DNA from: a virus | Lineage: Duplodnaviria > Heunggongvirae > Uroviricota > Caudoviricetes | Direction: 5' to 3' (one strand) | IMG/VR virus record: IMGVR_UViG_3300037400_006466 | Coordinates: 44,098-108,097 of that record | DNA length: 64,000 nt | Shown: piece after piece, positions 58,402 through 64,000 of the stretch | Position numbering within the stretch: the stretch's first letter is position 1 | Layout of the letters: every line of letters starts with the position of its first letter | The notes under the pieces: model-generated | Databases searched by the model: none | Told to the model about the DNA's origin: nothing | Seen by the model: the letters and a program-made list of their open reading frames with translations, nothing else | Position numbers and translations under genes: made by a program

Positions 58402-59445
58402 TTAAGCAAGTTTCTCAATTTCATCCTTCTTAAGATAACAATCACAGAGGCTGTGATAAGCTACTGCATCATAGACACTGGATGATTCATTTGGGAAAGG
58501 AGTAGCCGTCACATCAAGAATTTCGGCACCCTTAAGTTTAATAGGGAGGTCTTCCTTCTTGTCTTCATTCCATGAACCAAAGTGAGCCTCATCATTAACT
58601 ATGACATCAAAGCAGAAGTCATTAAGGACTTCATACTTCTGATAGTTATTGTTCTTCTTGAATCCATAAGAGGATACACAAAGGATAGCAACCCTATCTT
58701 TGTTCTCAGGATTATTGACAAACTCCATATACTCAGTAATATTATCAAATACAGAAAAATCTGTAAAATCAATGTGAGTATTGATTGTTTTAATCCACTG
58801 AGAGATAACATCAGGCTTATAGGTCTTGATTATGACTCTAGTGGCTCCAGAGTACTTTACATACCAAAGAGTAATATAGGTCTTTCCACCACCAGTCTGC
58901 TCACTGAGAAGAAGTCTGTAAAAATTCTTCTTGTTTCCATCCTTGAAGTGACTCAAAAGGATTTCAAGGTCTGCAATCTGAAATGAATTAGGAACAAACC
59001 TATCAAGAGACTTATTATTTCTTCTGAAGCTCTCCTTATAAGCTATGATATCTGAAACAATATCAACAGGATTCCCATCTTCTTCATCAAAATCAAACAT
59101 TTCGGTAGGCTTACATTCAGTTAGGGTATAAACCCTATGATATCCATTCTTATCAAGAATTCTGTGAATTTCCTTATCTGTAAGGCTAGAATTAAGGACT
59201 CTGAAAGAATCCCAATTAATCATTTCAGGATTAATTCCAACACCAAGCTTAGCCTGAATTTCTCTGAGGACTCTCTTCTTTCCAGCTTCAGTGAGTTTAT
59301 TATTCTGATAGGTTTTTGCTGAAAGGTCTATCTGACCAATCATAGTTGTTCTATTAGGATAAATAGCAGCTGTGGTTGTACAGAATCCATTTTCCTTAAT
59401 GCTACCTTCTTTGAATCTGAAAACATAAATTCCTTTCTTAGCCAT
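58402..59445 (-). CDS. GIY-YIG/T5orf172-like N-terminus plus SF2 helicase ATPase lobe
   Basis: GIY...IG, TDKEIHRIL, TEMF; Walker A TGGGKT, DEAH, TATP; own promoter at 59472-59500. Confidence 0.8.
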   Translation of the reverse strand: MAKKGIYVFRFKEGSIKENGFCTTTAAIYPNRTTMIGQIDLSAKTYQNNKLTEAGKKRVLREIQAKLGVGINPEMINWDSFRVLNSSLTDKEIHRILDKNGYHRVYTLTECKPTEMFDFDEEDGNPVDIVSDIIAYKESFRRNNKSLDRFVPNSFQIADLEILLSHFKDGNKKNFYRLLLSEQTGGGKTYITLWYVKYSGATRVIIKTYKPDVISQWIKTINTHIDFTDFSVFDNITEYMEFVNNPENKDRVAILCVSSYGFKKNNNYQKYEVLNDFCFDVIVNDEAHFGSWNEDKKEDLPIKLKGAEILDVTATPFPNESSSVYDAVAYHSLCDCYLKKDEIEKLA

Positions 59446-59541
59446 TTGTGGCCTCCTTTACTTACACTGATAATATACCATATCTTAAAAAGATTGTCAA
59501 TACCCAAAGCAAAAAAATCCCTCTTTTTCAAGAGGGAATAA

Positions 59542-60378
59542 TTACTTTTTCACATAGACCAGATCACCGCAGTCATATACCTTGGTGAATCCCTTTTCCT
59601 CAGCCTGCTTCTCAGTCATTCTTGACAGGTCTGACAGTACTTTTGATTTGAAGTCTTTTGTGTAATATATCTTGGGTGGGTCAGCTCTTTCAGGCAGGAA
59701 TCCAGCTTCCTTGAAATCCCAACCATCATCAATTCTTCTGTCGGCCTTATATGTCAATGGAAGTTCCAAGTCTTTTATAAGCTCAGCAAGACCGTTCTTG
59801 ACCCTTATTGTCCTGGCCTCACAATATCTCAATATCTCTCCTTTCTTATAGGACATGACGGCTATGAGATTGGTGTCATAGAATATTCCCCTGTAATCCG
59901 TGGCAGAAGGGTCATTACCCAACAGACAGCATCTGTCGAGAAAGTTCTTTCCCTCAGCCTTGGTCAATGGGAGAATCCTGCAGTCCTTTATGTCTATGGG
60001 TGTCTGCTTACCCAGTGCCCTTCTTATGAGGTCTATGACAAGGGGCTTCTTCTGTTCCCATTCATCAGAGAATATATGTATGAGTCTTATTCCTCTTTTC
60101 TCGCAGCCCAAAGTCTTTCCAAGATGATATCCAGGTGTCTTGTCATTGGCGGAATGATAATACAACCCATCAAACTCTATACCTAATTTCTTTGAGGGTA
60201 AATAAATATCTATTTCTCTACCGTTCAGCACCTGTCTGTCAGACCTATAAACTGGAGTTCCGGGAAACTCCAAGGCAACCATGTTGGCTACTTCAGTCTC
60301 CTCCTTTGAGACTCCCTGAGGTATCTTATAACTGATTTTCCTTGGCTTGAAAGGTCTGTGCTTTTTGTATTTTATCAT
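59542..60378 (-). CDS. Hef/Vsr-like endonuclease with C-terminal GNAT(Mom)-like domain
   Basis: EIDIYLP..KLGIEFDGLYYHS, IRLIHIFSDEW; second domain IAVMSY..EILRYC..YKADRR..AGF..YDCG. Confidence 0.75.
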   Translation of the reverse strand: MIKYKKHRPFKPRKISYKIPQGVSKEETEVANMVALEFPGTPVYRSDRQVLNGREIDIYLPSKKLGIEFDGLYYHSANDKTPGYHLGKTLGCEKRGIRLIHIFSDEWEQKKPLVIDLIRRALGKQTPIDIKDCRILPLTKAEGKNFLDRCCLLGNDPSATDYRGIFYDTNLIAVMSYKKGEILRYCEARTIRVKNGLAELIKDLELPLTYKADRRIDDGWDFKEAGFLPERADPPKIYYTKDFKSKVLSDLSRMTEKQAEEKGFTKVYDCGDLVYVKK

Positions 60379-60428
60379 ACAGATTTAGTGAAGTATCATT
60401 TATATTAAAGGTGTAAAAGAAAAATAAT

Positions 60429-61244
60429 ATGTGCAATAAGATAATGGAATTCGTTCAATGCAGGAACTGCCCTAGGATAAAATCAGACGGGCCGGAACCT
60501 GGGTATTACTATAAGAAAGTGGGTAATTATACCTTCATACAGGAGTGTGATTGCCATAAGAGATGGAGAGAGGATTCAGCCAAAGAGGCTGAGATGATAG
60601 CATCCAACATAACCTATGATTTCCCCTTTGAGAACTATGTAGGTAAGAAAAGTCTCAAGGAGCTTGAATGCCTCAAGAAGATATCCAGGAACCCTGATTT
60701 CTTCAGGGACAAGAAGATGATATACATATGGGGTCCTAACGGATGCCAGAAGACCTCTATGGTTCAGGCATTAGGTAAGGAGCTCATTCTCAAGGGATAT
60801 ACCGTCCAATACACTCTTATGTCCAATCTCATAACCAATCTTGTGTCTGATTTCAGTGAGAGTGATTCAGCCAAGGAGAAGAAGGATTATTTCATCAAGA
60901 GATGCATGGACTGTGACTTCCTCATCATAGATGAGGCTTTTGATTCCAAGAAGATAACCCTTTATGCATCAGGGTATCAGATTCCGTATCTTGACACCTT
61001 TCTCAGGACAAGATTCGAGATTAACGGAAAGTCAATCATATTCGTGTCAAATGTATCCCCCAGAAACATAGCTGATGTGCCTCTTTCAAGGAACGGAGAG
61101 CAGGTCAAGCAGGGATTCGGAACGAGCATCCAGAACCTGATAGAGAGGAATGTGAAGCAGTCAGAGCTTCTGTTCCAGGATGTATGGGTGGAGAATGTCA
61201 ATAAACTAGACAGAACGGAGTTATTCAACCAATGCCAGAATTGA
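60429..61244 (+). CDS. DnaC/IstB-like helicase loader ATPase
   Basis: CxxC...ECDC Zn-type motif, GPNGCQKT, LIIDE, IIFVSN; directly upstream of DnaB. Confidence 0.8.
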   Translation: MCNKIMEFVQCRNCPRIKSDGPEPGYYYKKVGNYTFIQECDCHKRWREDSAKEAEMIASNITYDFPFENYVGKKSLKELECLKKISRNPDFFRDKKMIYIWGPNGCQKTSMVQALGKELILKGYTVQYTLMSNLITNLVSDFSESDSAKEKKDYFIKRCMDCDFLIIDEAFDSKKITLYASGYQIPYLDTFLRTRFEINGKSIIFVSNVSPRNIADVPLSRNGEQVKQGFGTSIQNLIERNVKQSELLFQDVWVENVNKLDRTELFNQCQN

Positions 61245-62653
61245 GAAAAGCAGGGTCTAACCCTGAGATTATAGCTGAATACAGACTTCTCAATGCTCTG
61301 GTGAGGAATCCATCATATCTGGATGATTCCAGGGTCACAGAGGATGTGTTCATCAATGAGACCGCAAAGAGCTTCTTTGAGGCCATAACAGACCTTCATG
61401 GAAGGGGAATAGACATAACACAGCCAAGTCTGTTCCAAGCCGCATATAACATAGACATAACTGCCACTGAGCAGGAAGTCAAGAGGATATTTGAGTTCGA
61501 CCCTGAGGGGGCATCCACCCTTGATGACATAATCCATACCCTTACAGTCACTAAGGCCAAGAAGTCTGTCCTTGACAAGGTGGAGTCCATAAGGAAGAGC
61601 CTCATGGCTCCCGGTGACCTAGACCTTGAGAAAATAAACAACAGACTGTTCGATATAGAACAGGATGTGTCCAAGATAGGAAAGCCATCATCAAAGCTGT
61701 TGAGCTATCAGGAGTGGACAGACAGATACATCCAAGACCTTGAGGAAAGGAAGAAGGGAAGAAGATACTCTTTCGGGGATATCCATCTCGACAAGTATCT
61801 GTTCAAGGGTGCTGCCCCTGGGTGCATAACCATAGTCACTGCTCAGACCAACATGGGTAAGTCCACCTATGTTCTGAGCCTTATGGATGGGGCAATAGAG
61901 AACAATATCCCCTGTATGTATATCTCTCTTGAGATGGGAACCATAGACACCATGGACAGATTGGTGGCCAGCAGACTAGGCATTGAGAACCAGGAGCTCT
62001 ATAATCCTGAGAACATGGAGGGTATCATAGAGCAGGTGCAGGAAGAGGCCCAGAATCTCAGCAACAGAAAGAACTTCTATTTCTGTGAGGCCACTGGTGT
62101 TGACATAGCCAAGCTGAGAGCCCTTGTGAGGGAGTTCAAGCAGAAGACCAAGAAGGACTATTGCATAGTCGCCATTGACCTTTTGTCAGGAATGAAGGGA
62201 TTCATGTCTGCCACCAACGGGGCATCCACAGCCAATGCCATTGAGGTGAACATGAACAAGCTTGAGGAGCTGGCCAAGGATGAGAATATCCATATCATAG
62301 GTGTTGTTCAGCTGAACAGAAGCAGTGACAACTACAAGATAAGTCATGTAGAGCAGATAAACGGACTGAGACCTGGATTAGGTGATGTCAAGAACTCAGG
62401 AGCATATGCTGAGAAGGCCACAACCCTTTTGGCTCTGTTCAGACCCAAATATTATGCTGACAGATACTGTAAGGAGGACCCTGCCTCCGCCACCTTACAG
62501 GACATACTTGAGGTCCAGGTCCTCAAGGACAGGAACGCACAGGCAGGCAAGATATTCAAGTATATGTTTGACGGAAAATACTTCAGGTTACTCCCTCTTA
62601 TGGAGGATGAGGACCCTGGAAGCATTGACAGTCTCAGGGATATAGATTTCTGA
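61232..62653 (+). CDS. dnaB: DnaB-family replicative helicase
   Basis: AQTNMGKST, YISLEM, VQLNR, KNSGAYAEKA, LKDRN. Confidence 0.92.
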   Translation: MPELRKAGSNPEIIAEYRLLNALVRNPSYLDDSRVTEDVFINETAKSFFEAITDLHGRGIDITQPSLFQAAYNIDITATEQEVKRIFEFDPEGASTLDDIIHTLTVTKAKKSVLDKVESIRKSLMAPGDLDLEKINNRLFDIEQDVSKIGKPSSKLLSYQEWTDRYIQDLEERKKGRRYSFGDIHLDKYLFKGAAPGCITIVTAQTNMGKSTYVLSLMDGAIENNIPCMYISLEMGTIDTMDRLVASRLGIENQELYNPENMEGIIEQVQEEAQNLSNRKNFYFCEATGVDIAKLRALVREFKQKTKKDYCIVAIDLLSGMKGFMSATNGASTANAIEVNMNKLEELAKDENIHIIGVVQLNRSSDNYKISHVEQINGLRPGLGDVKNSGAYAEKATTLLALFRPKYYADRYCKEDPASATLQDILEVQVLKDRNAQAGKIFKYMFDGKYFRLLPLMEDEDPGSIDSLRDIDF

Positions 62654-62677
62654 CATACATATTATTCTTCTTTTTAA

Positions 62678-62709
62678 GGGTATGAAGCGATTCATACCCA
62701 TTATTTTTT
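62678..62709 (+). terminator. Terminator after dnaB
   Basis: GGGTATGAA-GCGA-TTCATACCC followed by a T-rich tract. Confidence 0.75.
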
Positions 62710-62768
62710 GATGCAATTACCCCTTGAACTAATTTTTTATATAGACTCATACTTAAGGAGAGTTATAA

Positions 62769-63842
62769 ATGACCGCAAATAAAAGAGATAAAGTGATACT
62801 CAGCTCCATAGGTGAAGCTGAGAGAGAAGTGAAAACTGCTATGACTGTCCCTGCAGGATATATCGAGATAAGGCTTTCCACAAAGGGAAAGGTGGGAGCT
62901 CCTGAGGTTATCCATGTAAGGAACTTCAAGATATCTGATGTCATGGCGCTCTCAATGTCAGGGCCATCAGACCTTCCTGCAAGGCTTATAAATATACTGA
63001 ATGATGTGATACTTGAAGATGTGGATGTGGCTCAGTGGCATGAGAAAGAGATTGAGGAGCTAATGGTCTATATCTTCCTTCAGTTCTATAGTGGTATCCT
63101 TAAGGACATACAGTATCCTTTGACTGAAAGTGATATAGATTATATAAGAAAAATGGAGGATGGAGAGAAGAAGCTCCGTGATATAGAAGAAGGAAGATGG
63201 ATTCCCAGAACTGACATAGATATAGCCAATGGGGTTGATACCTATGATATCCCTGAGAATTATTCTTCAAGGGTCACTGTGACCAACAAGAAAACAGGGT
63301 TCAAGGTCACCTTCGATTATATAAAATATGGAGACCAACTGGTCATAAAGAATTGGCTGGATTCTTATTTTGATTCAGAGGAGAAAAGATTCTCCAGAAT
63401 CAAGAGACAGTTGGAAGTGAACAACAATCTGTCTTCAAGATTCATGGATAATCCTGAAATGATAGATAAGTATATAGAAGTTGATAAAAATGAGGAAAAG
63501 GAATACAGGGATTATCTGATAAGAAGAACACAGACCATTACTGATATTGCCAACGTGGTATCAATAGTGGAGATTGACGGTGAGGATGTCAGCGGATTGT
63601 CTGTGGGTGAGAAATATGATAAATTGGCACATGATGCAAGAATAGACTATAATCTCATAGCTCATCTTTCAAAGATACAGGCAAAGACTCCCATAGGAAT
63701 CAAGCCTGAGGTGACCATGAGAAGTCCTATAACAGATGAGGTAGTGAAACGTCCATTTTCCTTTCGAATCCCTGCTCTCATTCAAGCCATGCAGCTATCA
63801 GGATTTGATGACTCTGATGACTGCTTTGATGATGAAAATTAA
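62769..63842 (+). CDS. Baseplate hub / tail assembly chaperone (T4 gp26-like)
   Basis: IRLSTKGK..APEVIHVRNF..SDVMAL N-terminus; ACTAATT at 62728. Confidence 0.6.
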   Translation: MTANKRDKVILSSIGEAEREVKTAMTVPAGYIEIRLSTKGKVGAPEVIHVRNFKISDVMALSMSGPSDLPARLINILNDVILEDVDVAQWHEKEIEELMVYIFLQFYSGILKDIQYPLTESDIDYIRKMEDGEKKLRDIEEGRWIPRTDIDIANGVDTYDIPENYSSRVTVTNKKTGFKVTFDYIKYGDQLVIKNWLDSYFDSEEKRFSRIKRQLEVNNNLSSRFMDNPEMIDKYIEVDKNEEKEYRDYLIRRTQTITDIANVVSIVEIDGEDVSGLSVGEKYDKLAHDARIDYNLIAHLSKIQAKTPIGIKPEVTMRSPITDEVVKRPFSFRIPALIQAMQLSGFDDSDDCFDDEN

Positions 63843-63945
63843 TGTCTCCTACAATGAGATATTGGACATGCCTTTCCATATGTTCAATGGATTCTTAAAG
63901 ACTTTGAAAAGTCTGATGGAGACTAAACCTGAAACTGGAGTATGA
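63763..63945 (+). CDS. Overlapping +1-frame ORF, likely a chaperone C-terminal extension (frameshift) or a small gene from ATG 63808
   Basis: FESLLSFKPCSYQDLMTLMTALMMKINVSYNEILDMPFHMFNGFLKTLKSLMETKPETGV*; SYNEILDMP resembles gpGT-type chaperone tails; fills the gap to the next gene. Confidence 0.6.
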   Translation, partial: FESLLSFKPCSYQDLMTLMTALMMKINVSYNEILDMPFHMFNGFLKTLKSLMETKPETGV

Positions 63946-63948
63946 TAA

Positions 63949-64000
63949 ATGGCTGAAAACGGAGCTATGTTCAGCGAGAAGTCTGGAATAGAGAATCTTA
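63949..64000 (+). CDS. Start of next gene, truncated by the window edge (position typical of a tape measure)
   Basis: ATG GCT GAA AAC... open to the end; GGAG upstream; identity inferred from synteny only. Confidence 0.4.
   Translation, partial: MAENGAMFSEKSGIENL

Noticed and set aside
55316-59445. Locus as a frameshifted pseudogene of one R-M enzyme
   Set aside because: The pieces are in permuted order and three have their own promoter and RBS, which simple frameshift decay cannot produce
1167-62944. Numerous antisense and alternate-frame ORFs in the track (e.g. 1167-1910, 25394-26041, 30524-31375, 56042-56470)
   Set aside because: They are shadows of long biased-codon genes, with no RBS, promoter or motifs and Ser/Leu-rich composition
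1-64000. tRNA/rRNA genes, CRISPR array, integrase/att site, DGR or retron reverse transcriptase
   Set aside because: No cloverleaf, repeat-spacer array, recombinase or RT motifs were seen; short RNAs could be missed by eye
1-64000. Active stop-codon reassignment
   Set aside because: All recognisable genes are full length in the standard bacterial code; only the absence of TAG stops is reported

Overview
This 64 kb window is part of a large, lytic-looking myovirus-type phage genome. There are no host housekeeping operons, rRNA, tRNA, CRISPR or integrase. It has a T4-like head module: terminase, gp20-like portal, gp21-like protease fused to a scaffold, a gp23-like major capsid gene split by a group I intron (29209-30425) carrying an endonuclease, and a gp13-like neck protein. 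Replication and recombination genes include DnaB, DnaC-like, DnaX-like, RecA/UvsX, UvsY-like, gp32-like SSB, RecU-like and HU-like proteins. Also present are GroEL, Hsp20, a ThyX-like gene, a MetK plus five-methyltransferase cluster with a candidate restriction nuclease, a four-gene split helicase/methyltransferase locus and several free-standing endonucleases. GroEL signatures and a signal-peptide protein suggest a spirochaete host (inference). The most striking unexplained pattern is an apparent capsid-cargo system: (i) four dispersed genes with unrelated bodies share an N-terminal leader M(N)KKxWKxxN...(L/M)xE, and (ii) several large acidic late proteins are strings of unrelated small modules joined by a recurring E-S-(K/R)...(L/M/I/V)(K/R/N)E linker resembling paired prohead-protease sites. 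Other signals: three promoter classes readable from the DNA (TTGACA-17-TATnnT, TTATATTA often leaderless, ACTAATT); a shared C-terminal SLWF on three methyltransferases; a candidate +1 frameshift (TCC_TTT_CGA) in the tail-chaperone gene; and no TAG stop among 64 called genes. All family and domain names come from motif recognition by eye; no searches were run.
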